From Minisyncoccota bacterium (GTDB lineage: Bacteria > Patescibacteriota > Minisyncoccia > JBAYJV01), in the NCBI GenBank assembly GCA_041664925.1, contig JBAYJV010000001.1, positions 213,438 through 277,437 on the forward strand: a stretch of DNA of 64,000 nucleotides. Direction: 5' to 3'. This document shows, one piece after another, positions 35,581-44,882 of this stretch. The first letter of the stretch is position 1. Every line of letters starts with the position of its first letter. The notes beneath the pieces are model-generated. The model was given only the letters and a program-made list of their open reading frames with translations. It was not told the origin of the DNA and made no database searches. The translations under genes and the position numbers were made by a program.

Positions 35581-36708
35581 ATGAATACTAAAGAAACTGT
35601 CGGTATTATTGTTCACAAATACGAAAATCCCAATATTTTTTCTGTTCCCTATGGAGAGCAGAATAATTTTTTTAATGAACTATTAATAGAGGCAAAAAAA
35701 ATAAATTTAGAATTGTTTATTTTCCAACCAAAAGATATTAATTGGAAGAAAAAAACTATTAAAACTTTTGTCAATATAAACAATAACTTTATTGAAAAAG
35801 AAATGCCTCTTCCCGACATAGTTTACGACAGAATGTTTTCCAAGACAGCTCAAGAAATCGAAATTTTCAAAGAAGTCCATAAAAAATTTAATCAACTAAA
35901 TATTTTAATTGTTAATTCGAGAAAGTTTATCAAATTGACATGCAATAAATGGGAATTTTATCAATTGTTATATAAAAATAAATTTTTTAGACCCTATCTC
36001 CCCAAAACTTTTCTTTATGAAATAAATATTGCTAAACATTTATTAAAAAAGTGTCGAGCTGTTATTTTAAAACCAAAATACGGAGGACTGGGAACCGGAA
36101 TTATTAGTGTTATTAAAAAAAATTTTATCTTACCAATCTATATTATTGAGTATCAAACTAAAAATAATAGCATTCACAAAAAATATAAAAAATTTAACAT
36201 TTCTCTAAAAACAATTTCATCTTTGATCGAAAAAGGTTGGAAAAGAGGCGGTGGTTATATCGTCCAAGAAAAACTGACTGTAGCTCAATATCAAAAAAGA
36301 GTTTTTGATCTCAGGGTCATGATGCAAAAAACAAAAAAGGGCTGGTCTGTAAGCGGTATTGGCGGAAGAGTCGCCCCTCTAAAAGGATTCTTGGCCAATA
36401 TTCATGCTGGAGGAACAATAGAAAATGGAGTAGATATAATAAAAAATGTTTTTCCTAAAAAATCTACAATCATTCTTAGAAAAATTAAAAAACTTAGCGT
36501 AGCCTTAGCCAGTTATTTAGAAAAGTCCACGGGACCGGCTATCGAAATGGGGGTTGATTGTATCCTAGATAAGAGAGGAAATATCTGGATTATAGAAGTA
36601 AATTCAAAACCTTCGCGATTCATATTTTCTCGAAAAGATATGCTCCATCTTAGAAAAAAAATGATCTTACGACCATTACTATATATGAAGTGGTTAATTG
36701 AGAATTAA
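35581..36708 (+). CDS. YheC/YheD-family ATP-grasp protein
   Basis: KPKYGGLGTGI ATP-grasp-like phosphate-binding loop; overall architecture. Confidence 0.5.
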   Translation: MNTKETVGIIVHKYENPNIFSVPYGEQNNFFNELLIEAKKINLELFIFQPKDINWKKKTIKTFVNINNNFIEKEMPLPDIVYDRMFSKTAQEIEIFKEVHKKFNQLNILIVNSRKFIKLTCNKWEFYQLLYKNKFFRPYLPKTFLYEINIAKHLLKKCRAVILKPKYGGLGTGIISVIKKNFILPIYIIEYQTKNNSIHKKYKKFNISLKTISSLIEKGWKRGGGYIVQEKLTVAQYQKRVFDLRVMMQKTKKGWSVSGIGGRVAPLKGFLANIHAGGTIENGVDIIKNVFPKKSTIILRKIKKLSVALASYLEKSTGPAIEMGVDCILDKRGNIWIIEVNSKPSRFIFSRKDMLHLRKKMILRPLLYMKWLIEN

Positions 36709-36738
36709 AACTACTTGTCAAATTTATTAGAAAAACAG

Positions 36739-36778
36739 CTCGTTAATTGAGCTGTATTTTTGTTTTTTTATAGATTGT
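36739..36778. terminator. bidirectional terminator ACAGCTCgttaattGAGCTGT flanked by A/T runs
   Basis: between convergent genes. Confidence 0.65.
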
Positions 36779-37696
36779 TTATTTTTTAAAAAAGACTCTT
36801 TGAGGAATTTTTTTTAAATGCCATCGTTCCTTCCATCCTAAATCTTCTACGCCAGCATCAAGGTATTTTGTTCCAAGAGAAATTGCCTTTTCAAAATTCT
36901 TTGCTGTTAAGTACGTTCCAAGACTAGGAAAATCTTTTTTGTTTGCCCCTGAGTTTATATAAGTGTAGATGTCTTTATATTTTAGCGCCAAAGATACTGC
37001 TTCTTTTTTGCCATTTATAATAATCGTCAGAACTTGAAAACTTAAATCAAGTTTGAGCAAATCTCGAAAAATTTCTTTTCTATGAGGCGTACTAAAAACA
37101 GAATCATCACCAAAACTTCTAATATTTAATTCAAATAATTGATCAACGTCTTCAAAATTATTTTCAAGAATCTTTGGTTGATATAACCTTTCAATTCGAC
37201 GAAGAAGTTTTTTCATTTTGGCGCACGACTTTTGACTGAATTCCCTTGAAAGATAATCATTGGTATTTTTAAGACCAGAAAGATCAGCAACATATTTATA
37301 TTCCAGAATATCGAATTTCTTTGTAAAATCGTCTTCTCCAATAATATCATCTAGTCCCGCTTCTTGCTCAATGGCCTCATAAAATTTAGGAATATATTTT
37401 TCATAACCAGATTTTATGAATATCCGATTATCTTCCATATAACCACCACCAATAAAATCTAAATATCCTTTTTCGGCATTAAATTGTAGCGGAAGCAAGC
37501 CAATATTTTCTTGACCAATTCGTCCTACATAAAAAAATAAGGGATGCTGGAAATACTTATAAAAACAGTATCTCACATCCCAAAGATCATACATGATTTC
37601 ATTAGGACTTAACTCTTGCCAAACTTTTTTTGCTTCTTCTATTTTATCAATTCGGCTAATTTTCAATTTTTGATCACTGCTATCTTTAGGCATCAT
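36779..37696 (-). CDS. GNAT-fold acyltransferase (FemAB/CelD/BioF2-like, Acetyltransf_6-type)
   Basis: size and secondary-pattern resemblance; no catalytic motif verified. Confidence 0.4.
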   Translation of the reverse strand: MMPKDSSDQKLKISRIDKIEEAKKVWQELSPNEIMYDLWDVRYCFYKYFQHPLFFYVGRIGQENIGLLPLQFNAEKGYLDFIGGGYMEDNRIFIKSGYEKYIPKFYEAIEQEAGLDDIIGEDDFTKKFDILEYKYVADLSGLKNTNDYLSREFSQKSCAKMKKLLRRIERLYQPKILENNFEDVDQLFELNIRSFGDDSVFSTPHRKEIFRDLLKLDLSFQVLTIIINGKKEAVSLALKYKDIYTYINSGANKKDFPSLGTYLTAKNFEKAISLGTKYLDAGVEDLGWKERWHLKKIPQRVFFKK

Positions 37697-37700
37697 ATAT

Positions 37701-40163
37701 TTAGAGCACGCTCGGTTGGAGATGATGATAGGGAGGGTGATTTTTATATCTTTTTATCGCCATCCTGATAATCTCTTCCAAAAAATCTCCATAATCCAAC
37801 CCAATTACTTTTGCTGAATTAGGCACAGAGTCGCCAATATTAATCGAAGGGTTGGGATTTAATTCCAAAACATAGGGGTTATTATTTTTATCTACTCTCA
37901 ATTCGACTCGTCCATAATCATGACAATCTAAAATATTGTAGGTATCAAGAGCAATTTCAGTAATAAGTTTTGAAAGTTTCTTGCTAATATTTTTTGGTGG
38001 TCGTTGAATAGTGATTCCTTTGTCATAAGCATCATCTTCTTCCCATTTCGCTTCAAAAGGATAAATGTGCCAATATCCAGGAGGCATTTTATCAAACATA
38101 GACCTTGTTAGTGGCAAGACTCTTAGATCATCTTCTTCACTTCCTAAAATTGAAACATCATACTCATCTCCATCAATATATTCTTCTATAATCGCTGGTC
38201 GGCCAATTTCCATAATAATTTTTTCAAGTTGTTTTTCTAGTCTTTTTTTATTAGTTACCACCGAATCATTGGTAATGCCGATAGAATTGTCTGTGTTAGC
38301 TGGTTTTACTATCAATGGATACCTTAGATCCTCTCTGATATCGTCCTCTAAACTATAAATATAATCCCATTTCGGTGTCGGCATATTGTGGAATGCCAGC
38401 AACTTTTTAACCCTAATCTTGTCAATGCATAATCCAAGAGTAAATGAACTTGATCCCGTATAAGGAATTTGAAGCGCGTCTAAAATTGCCGCGGCATGGG
38501 GTTCAAGCAGACTTGATTCATTGATTCTTTCGCAGACATTAAAGATAAGATCGACATCGCTCTTTCTTAAATCTTCGAGTACGCGCGAAAGATTATTAAA
38601 ATCAAAGAAAGTCACTCGATATCCCCGTTCTATCAGGGTTTTTTCAATATTCTTTCCAACTGACATTAAATCTTTCTCAACTGCCCCAGCATTTTCATCA
38701 TAAAAATTACATGCAATACCAATATGGAGATTTCTCTGATTTTTTATCGACATTCTTCTAATCTTTTCAATTTTTCCGCTCCTAATAAGAATGTCTTGAT
38801 TGATAGCTGAAGGTGAAAAATGATTTTTACGCAATGTTTTTCCAATCGATGAAGCCGATTGAAAACGAGCCACTTCATAATTAACGCAATCCAAGGCCTC
38901 TTTTAGATTGTCTTGAGCATCTAAAGGATTATCGCCAGAAACCACAATCCATCCCAAATATTCGTACCCTTCAGGTGGCACCAAGACGGGATCGCCAATT
39001 TTTTTAAAAAATTCGATTTCTTCTACAAATGGTTTCTTCTTTATTTTCTCATCTATGTCAAATTGAACAATAATGCCAGAGTAATTGCTTAAAAAATCAT
39101 GTGACGCTAAATACATGTAAGGATTTTCTGGCTTATTGATTTTCGGAAAATATATTCCTAGGGCAATTTTGGCAGCTCCTTCGATAAAATCAATACGCCA
39201 AGCTTTTTTTATACTGTCGTAAATTTCATCTCCTCCCATTCTTAAATTAACCTCGATTGGCACAGGACCTTCTTTTGTTGATTTAGCTTCAAGATGAATA
39301 CAGCCATCTTGTATTCCCAGTTTTTCCAAAATTTCATCGGCCATAACTATAAGAGCCTCTTTATTTTTTTCTGGCAAACCCGATGGCGTTAAACGTCCCG
39401 TTTCGACAAAAAATGGTTCATTGGTTTTATTATTATCAGAAATAGAATGAAACTTAACTCTGCCATTTTGAATTAAAATATCGATATCAACCTCATCCCC
39501 GTCAATGTATTCTTCTATCATTATGTCTGTTCCGTCATTAAGCGCAGATTCCACCTCAGTATTAATGCTTTTTTTAATATATTGATAAGTTGATGTTAAT
39601 TCTTCTTCATTGTCGACTCTTACAACAAAGGCGCTGCTTGCTCCAAATGTTGGTTTAATCACTAAGGGAAATCCTAATTCCTTTGAAATTTTCTTTAAAT
39701 CCTCTGCTGATTTGACCATAATATGCCTTGGTGTCGGTAGGTTATTTTCTTGACAAAATTCACGAAACAGATATTTATTTCTAACCCTCTTTGAAATATT
39801 AAGAGGGATGCCTATAAAATTAAATTTATCTGTTATTTTTGAAGTCAAAAGAACATCGTCTTCCCAAAAAGTAATTGCTCCGTCAATTTTTATATTGGGA
39901 TTATTTGCCATAAAATCTTTTATGGCTTGGATTGATTCTGTATGATTGGTGTTATCTGCCAAAATCCAGTGATCAACATAAGGTTGCGCCCAGTTTTTTT
40001 CTTTATTGAGCACCACTATTTGAAGTCCCATTTTCTTAAGCTTCTGAATTACAAAACGCTTCTTAATAGAACCAGTATTTACCAAAAGAATTGTTTTTCC
40101 TAAAAGAGAATTTACGCCATTGTTTGGATTTAAAATTTTATCGTTATGATGACTATCTTTCAT
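37701..40163 (-). CDS. tandem ATP-grasp ligase (N-terminal ATP-grasp + C-terminal D-Ala-D-Ala-ligase-like ATP-grasp)
   Basis: FPLVIKPTFGASS and YPLIVKPANTDNS phosphate loops; DYGRVELRVDKNNNPYVLELNPNPSI Ddl-like C-terminus. Confidence 0.65.
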   Translation of the reverse strand: MKDSHHNDKILNPNNGVNSLLGKTILLVNTGSIKKRFVIQKLKKMGLQIVVLNKEKNWAQPYVDHWILADNTNHTESIQAIKDFMANNPNIKIDGAITFWEDDVLLTSKITDKFNFIGIPLNISKRVRNKYLFREFCQENNLPTPRHIMVKSAEDLKKISKELGFPLVIKPTFGASSAFVVRVDNEEELTSTYQYIKKSINTEVESALNDGTDIMIEEYIDGDEVDIDILIQNGRVKFHSISDNNKTNEPFFVETGRLTPSGLPEKNKEALIVMADEILEKLGIQDGCIHLEAKSTKEGPVPIEVNLRMGGDEIYDSIKKAWRIDFIEGAAKIALGIYFPKINKPENPYMYLASHDFLSNYSGIIVQFDIDEKIKKKPFVEEIEFFKKIGDPVLVPPEGYEYLGWIVVSGDNPLDAQDNLKEALDCVNYEVARFQSASSIGKTLRKNHFSPSAINQDILIRSGKIEKIRRMSIKNQRNLHIGIACNFYDENAGAVEKDLMSVGKNIEKTLIERGYRVTFFDFNNLSRVLEDLRKSDVDLIFNVCERINESSLLEPHAAAILDALQIPYTGSSSFTLGLCIDKIRVKKLLAFHNMPTPKWDYIYSLEDDIREDLRYPLIVKPANTDNSIGITNDSVVTNKKRLEKQLEKIIMEIGRPAIIEEYIDGDEYDVSILGSEEDDLRVLPLTRSMFDKMPPGYWHIYPFEAKWEEDDAYDKGITIQRPPKNISKKLSKLITEIALDTYNILDCHDYGRVELRVDKNNNPYVLELNPNPSINIGDSVPNSAKVIGLDYGDFLEEIIRMAIKRYKNHPPYHHLQPSVL

Positions 40164-40541
40164 AGTGATATTTTGAATAAAAAAAGACCCGCTTTCTTTT
40201 TTGTTCTAAAGAATGATTGCGAGTTTAATTGAACCAAGGTCTTGCCAGGAGGCTCGTCTCCTTCGTCAACGCTAGTCGATAATGAATCAGAAATTGGTTT
40301 CTTAAATAAATTTTTCATTCGTTATTTTTTAATTCCTATAAAGATAATATCTCCTTCGTCGATTTTATTCCTATCAGAATAATAATCCCTTTCCTCTCAT
40401 TGTCAATATGTGAATAATTTCTCTTTTATTGGCCAAAAACGGTTGATTTGTATAGCTATCAAGTGCTTCAGAAATTCTCTTGCTAAGCTGTTTTTATATG
40501 ATAACCTGAAATTAGAATAGTACTTTTTAAAAGGAGGAAAT

Positions 40542-40874
40542 ATGTGCGATAGAACTTTGGCCGATGTTCTTGTTTTTGACATCGGAATAATGGGACGGCA
40601 ATCACCTAACGGATCTGTTGAATTTTGCAATGCTTTCGTAAGAAAACATCTTGGGGGAATTACTGGAGAGATTCCCAAAATAGCTTGTCCTATATGCAAA
40701 CAAGGTGTCTTAATTGAAACTGAAAGAGGTGATGTTTTTTCTGAACCAACTCACCTTGGAGAAGGTATTTCTCAAGAAAAAGCATCAATTCCTATCGGAA
40801 GAAGTATTCGCCTCAGGTGTTCCGAATGTCAAAAAGTTTTCTCAGGAAAACGCATTTTCCTCACGGTCGCTTAG
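40542..40874 (+). CDS. hypothetical Cys-rich 110-aa protein
   Basis: CPICKQG...CSECQ pairs; SD AAAGGAGG. Confidence 0.5.
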   Translation: MCDRTLADVLVFDIGIMGRQSPNGSVEFCNAFVRKHLGGITGEIPKIACPICKQGVLIETERGDVFSEPTHLGEGISQEKASIPIGRSIRLRCSECQKVFSGKRIFLTVA

Positions 40875-40878
40875 ATAG

Positions 40879-40932
40879 CAAACCCCGGCAAGCCGGGGTT
40901 TTTCTTGACAATGCTAAAAACAATGATAGAAT
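40879..40932 (+). promoter_or_regulatory. fused terminator-promoter module: AAACCCCGGCAAGCCGGGGTTTTT then TTGACA-16-TAGAAT
   Basis: direct reading; sister copy at 41571-41627. Confidence 0.65.
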
Positions 40933-40956
40933 GAAAATGACCTAAAGGAGGTCACA

Positions 40957-41562
40957 TTGAACAAGAGAATGAATAGTTTCGGAGTTTTGATCGTTGCGGT
41001 GTTGGTTTTCGTTTCTTTACTTTCCGGAGTAGCGTTGGGAGCAGATCAAGGTATTGTTCTTTTATATAACACTCCCAGGACTGTGATGATTCCTTATCGA
41101 GTTGATGGTGTCGATATTCGATATTCGCTCGATGACAATATTGGAGTAAAACTGCAAGTGTATTTTCAGATTCCCTTTGGATCAGAAATCTATCTGGCAA
41201 AAAAATATGTTCCAGACTATTTCTTGGGAATGAATTATCAAGTAGAATTACCTCAACTTCCTAGTAATAAAAAATTTATAGGAGCGCCTTGTTCAAAATT
41301 GGTCTTTGGAATTCAAACCTATACATGGTGCGATTCGTCAGGCTCTTGGTTTCAATTACTTTCGTCGCTTCCTCCTATGCTTAGTGAACCATCAAAGGAC
41401 ATTCCTCACGCACCCATTAGTATTGATGGCAGCACCAATAAGCTCGTCTTCATTAATGTTCCCGATGGTCGCTGGTTGATGATTACTCTGCCCACCGGAG
41501 AAAGCCGCGAAGGCTATTGTAAGGCTTATTTATACAAACCAGTTCTTCCTATAAATCCTTAG
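40957..41562 (+). CDS. secreted hypothetical protein (signal peptide, probable TTG start 5 nt after AAAGGAGG)
   Basis: MNKRMNSFGVLIVAVLVFVSLLSGVALGA signal peptide. Confidence 0.5.
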   Translation: MNKRMNSFGVLIVAVLVFVSLLSGVALGADQGIVLLYNTPRTVMIPYRVDGVDIRYSLDDNIGVKLQVYFQIPFGSEIYLAKKYVPDYFLGMNYQVELPQLPSNKKFIGAPCSKLVFGIQTYTWCDSSGSWFQLLSSLPPMLSEPSKDIPHAPISIDGSTNKLVFINVPDGRWLMITLPTGESREGYCKAYLYKPVLPINP

Positions 41563-41570
41563 AGAAATCC

Positions 41571-41627
41571 AAGCCCCGGCAAGATGTCGGGGTTTTTTTT
41601 GACAATACACAACTAAAGATATAAGAT
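41571..41627 (+). promoter_or_regulatory. fused terminator-promoter module: CCCCGGCAAGATGTCGGGGTTTTTTT then TTGACA-17-TAAGAT
   Basis: direct reading. Confidence 0.65.
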
Positions 41628-41657
41628 ATTTATAGTTCCATATAGCCAAGGAGGAAA

Positions 41658-42074
41658 ATGGCCATAAACGAAAAACAGTGGCAAAAAGAGACAAGGAAGT
41701 TTCATAGAGATGCCTTGAAAGTTATTGATTCGGCTCGAGACAAAGTTATTGTTTATAATCCCGGTCTTGTTAGCGATGTCTTTCAAGACGGACAGATCGC
41801 AGAAGCGATAAAAAGAGCTAAGGCTAGAGATATCAAAATCACCATTCTCGTTCAGAGAAGTAATTCTGCAAATATTGAAGCATTCTTGGCACAATTTGGT
41901 GAAGATGTAGTTTTCGTAGAAGAAGATTTGGATAGGCATGCCTATGTGATATCCGATATTGGATATGTCAAATTCTTAAAAAGAGCCACATGTGTTGAAT
42001 CAATCTACATTCAAGAAGGCGATGTTGGTTCTATTATCAAAACCATTACTGAAGAACTTAGAAGAGCTAACTAA
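41658..42074 (+). CDS. hypothetical 138-aa protein
   Basis: SD CAAGGAGG. Confidence 0.5.
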   Translation: MAINEKQWQKETRKFHRDALKVIDSARDKVIVYNPGLVSDVFQDGQIAEAIKRAKARDIKITILVQRSNSANIEAFLAQFGEDVVFVEEDLDRHAYVISDIGYVKFLKRATCVESIYIQEGDVGSIIKTITEELRRAN

Positions 42075-42098
42075 AGTAGATAGAATACAAACCCCGAC

Positions 42099-42130
42099 AG
42101 ATATGTCGGGGTCTTTTTTTTATTATAAAA
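42099..42130 (+). terminator. terminator AAACCCCGACAGATATGTCGGGGTCTTTTTTTT
   Basis: direct reading. Confidence 0.7.
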
Positions 42131-42300
42131 CAAAAAATCGCCCCCATTAGCCTGAGGCGAAGAAGACCGAAAGACAGAGCTTTCGGCGAAACATTCCCCG
42201 AGGAGTAATCCAGCCTTACCTAGGAGTAGATAAAACCACATTATCCGTATTCTAAGGAAATGCCCCACCCCGACAAAAATCGGGGGTTCTCGCGCCTACA
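42131..42300. other. G+C-richer non-coding stretch with two hairpins (CCGAAAGacagagCTTTCGG; CCCCGAcaaaaaTCGGGG); possible sRNA or decayed cassette
   Basis: no convincing ORF on either strand. Confidence 0.3.
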
Positions 42301-42532
42301 GACTAATAAGGGCGAAACGAAAAAACCTGAACCCTCCATAAGTTCATTATATTCGCTCCTATTCAGTTTATATACCTAGTATAGCAGAAAAAAGAAAAAA
42401 GTCAATAGTTTCGACCTCAGCATGAGTAGTTTTGAGTTATTTAGAGAAAATTTGACATCTATTTTATAATGCTTTATGATATTGATAGTACACAAATTTC
42501 GCCTTTTTAAAGGAGAGAAAAAGGAGAGAAAC

Positions 42533-42808
42533 ATGGACGATATCCAAAAAAGAGACGTTAGGACAATATTAGATGCATCTACTGAGGATGCGAAGTATTT
42601 CTATGAAAACCTCGAATCATTAAGGCAGCAATATCCTGACAAGTATGTGGCTATTCACGACGGAGAAGTTATCGCCTCAGGCAAGAATTATTCGAAACTA
42701 TTACAAAGATTGCGTACTCAATATGGACAAAGGGCTGTCTCGTCTTTCTTTATAAACTTCGTAGATCTTCACCCTGTTTCGTGGATTCTTTCTGCAATGT
42801 CTGCTTAG
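42533..42808 (+). CDS. hypothetical 91-aa protein
   Basis: promoter TTGACA-17-TATGAT; SD AAAAGGAG; terminator 42822-42862. Confidence 0.5.
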   Translation: MDDIQKRDVRTILDASTEDAKYFYENLESLRQQYPDKYVAIHDGEVIASGKNYSKLLQRLRTQYGQRAVSSFFINFVDLHPVSWILSAMSA

Positions 42809-42989
42809 TCCTCTGTTTAGGGAATGTCAAAAAAACATTCCCTCTTTTTTTAATATATGAAAAATTATCTAGAGAATATGGATAAAATATGCTTGAAAAT
42901 GCTGAATGCTTTTGACTTTACCGATTTTTTTGGTAAAATTCATTTATTATAAACTTTAAATTTTTAATTTTAAACTTTTAACTTGAAAC

Positions 42990-43700
42990 ATGTCTGGTCA
43001 TTCAAAATGGGCAACAATTAAACATAAAAAAGCCTTGCTCGACCAAAAACGAGGCAAAGTTTTTTCTCAGTTGGTTCGACAGATTCAAATCGCTGCTAGA
43101 GATAATCCCGACCCATCTACTAATCCAAGTTTGAGAGTTTTGGTTGATAAAGCCAAGGCTTCTAATATGCCAAATGACAATATTGAGCGCGCTATTAAAA
43201 AGGGTAGCGGTCAAGAAGATGGTTCTGTTATTGAAGAGTTAACTCTCGAAGCATATGGTCCTGTTGGTAGCGCTTTTTTAATTGAAGCGATTACTGATAA
43301 CCACAATCGAACTGTCGCAGAAATGAAACATCTTGTAGAAAGAAATGGCGGCCATATGGCTGAAAAAGGTTCTGTCGCCTGGCTTTTTGAGAAAAAAACT
43401 ATTTTCAAAATCTCTCTTTCTGATTGGAATGAAGATTTAGAACTTGCCTTGATTGATGCCAGTCTTGAAGACAGTCAAAAAACAGACGATGGCGTTTTGC
43501 TTTTATTTAATCCTCAGTTCGAATCTCAGGCAAGGCAAATTTTCAAAGATAAAGGAGTAACTTTAATATCAGAAGAGCTTGATTGGCAGGCGAAAAATCC
43601 TATCGAACTTTCTGGAGGAGATTTAGAAAAAGTTGAAAATTTCAACGACCTCATTGACGAAAATGATGATACTAAGGCAGTATATAATAATTTAGGTTGA
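42990..43700 (+). CDS. YebC/PmpR-family transcriptional regulator
   Basis: MSGHSKWATIKHKKA N-terminus. Confidence 0.85.
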   Translation: MSGHSKWATIKHKKALLDQKRGKVFSQLVRQIQIAARDNPDPSTNPSLRVLVDKAKASNMPNDNIERAIKKGSGQEDGSVIEELTLEAYGPVGSAFLIEAITDNHNRTVAEMKHLVERNGGHMAEKGSVAWLFEKKTIFKISLSDWNEDLELALIDASLEDSQKTDDGVLLLFNPQFESQARQIFKDKGVTLISEELDWQAKNPIELSGGDLEKVENFNDLIDENDDTKAVYNNLG

Positions 43701-43718
43701 TTAATTAGATTCAAAAAT

Positions 43719-44198
43719 ATGAAAATTCTTGGCATCGATCCTGGTACTGCTAGAACTGGTTATGGTTCGATTCGTTCTGTAGGTAAAAAGATGACTTGTC
43801 TCGATTATGGTTGTATCGAAACTTCTCAGGAGGAAAGCGATGCCAAGCGATTAACTAGAACATATCATGCTGTCAAGAAAATTCTTGATAAGGAAAAACC
43901 TGACCTTGTCATAGTTGAGCGCCTTTTCTTTTTTAAGAACATGAAAACCGTTATGACTGTTTCTCAATCCAGGGGTGTAATTTTGATGGCTTGTGAACAA
44001 AAAAAAGTTCCTATCATTGAATATACCCCTCTTCAAATTAAACAAAGTCTTTCTGGTTATGGCAGAGCTCAAAAGAAGGAAGTTCAAGAATGCGTTAAAA
44101 AACATCTTGGACTTGAGGACATCCCTCGTCCCGATGACGCTGCCGACGCTTTAGCGGGAGCAATTTGTCATCATCTGCGCAAAAACGAAAAAAAATGA
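43719..44198 (+). CDS. ruvC: crossover junction endodeoxyribonuclease RuvC
   Basis: ILGIDPGTARTGYG and acidic catalytic residues; yebC-ruvC synteny. Confidence 0.8.
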   Translation: MKILGIDPGTARTGYGSIRSVGKKMTCLDYGCIETSQEESDAKRLTRTYHAVKKILDKEKPDLVIVERLFFFKNMKTVMTVSQSRGVILMACEQKKVPIIEYTPLQIKQSLSGYGRAQKKEVQECVKKHLGLEDIPRPDDAADALAGAICHHLRKNEKK

Positions 44199-44231
44199 TA
44201 AAAAATAAAATAAATCTATTAAATTTTGACC

Positions 44232-44882
44232 ATGACTACTATTCTTTCCTATATAGTTAATCAAGGTGTCTCCGAACAAGTTTTGTCATATATCTTGTTG
44301 GCACCGCTCGTAGCGACCTTGATTGTTTTTTTAAGGCAGGTAATCGGATTAAAAAGCTTAGGCGTCTATCATCCTCTTCTTTTGGCTTTTGCCTTCGCTA
44401 GCGCTGGATTAAAAGAAGGGCTGTTTTTTTTCCTGTTAATTGTCCTTCTTGCTAATGCTATAACATATGTAGTTAAAAAGTTTCCCCTTCTTTACCTTCC
44501 GAGACTGACAATCGTTGTGACAGTCACCACTCTAGCTTTAATTTTAGTTATATCAATTATTCGTCTTTCGGATTACAGTTTAGCGCTAAGTGGTTACTTT
44601 CCTATTATCATCATCCTTGCACTAAGCGATAAGTTAGTCACCGCTCAAATGAAAAGAAATATAAAACCCGCATTGATTTTAACTGGCAGCACCCTTGCAG
44701 TAGCTCTTTTGGGATATTTTATTCTTAATATTGTTTGGTTACAAAACATTGTTTTAAATTATCCTTTAATTTTTCTTCTGGTTATAGTCGTGATAAATAT
44801 TTTTCTCGGACGTTTTCATGGTCTTCGTTTAAATGAGCTCTGGCGTTTTCGTCATCTCTTAAAATTACCTCCAAAGAATTAA
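44232..44882 (+). CDS. 7-TM membrane protein partnered with the RimK-like ligase (7TM 'inactive-transglutaminase-fused'-type family)
   Basis: about 7 hydrophobic helices; stop overlaps the next start (TAATG). Confidence 0.45.
   Translation: MTTILSYIVNQGVSEQVLSYILLAPLVATLIVFLRQVIGLKSLGVYHPLLLAFAFASAGLKEGLFFFLLIVLLANAITYVVKKFPLLYLPRLTIVVTVTTLALILVISIIRLSDYSLALSGYFPIIIILALSDKLVTAQMKRNIKPALILTGSTLAVALLGYFILNIVWLQNIVLNYPLIFLLVIVVINIFLGRFHGLRLNELWRFRHLLKLPPKN

Noticed and set aside
40403-40699. 98-aa minus-strand ORF
   Set aside because: Overlaps the SD-equipped + strand ORF 40542-40874 and the intergenic region. No promoter or SD.
42071-42268. 65-aa minus-strand ORF
   Set aside because: Low-complexity translation of the non-coding G+C-rich stretch. 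It has no SD and overlaps terminator hairpins.
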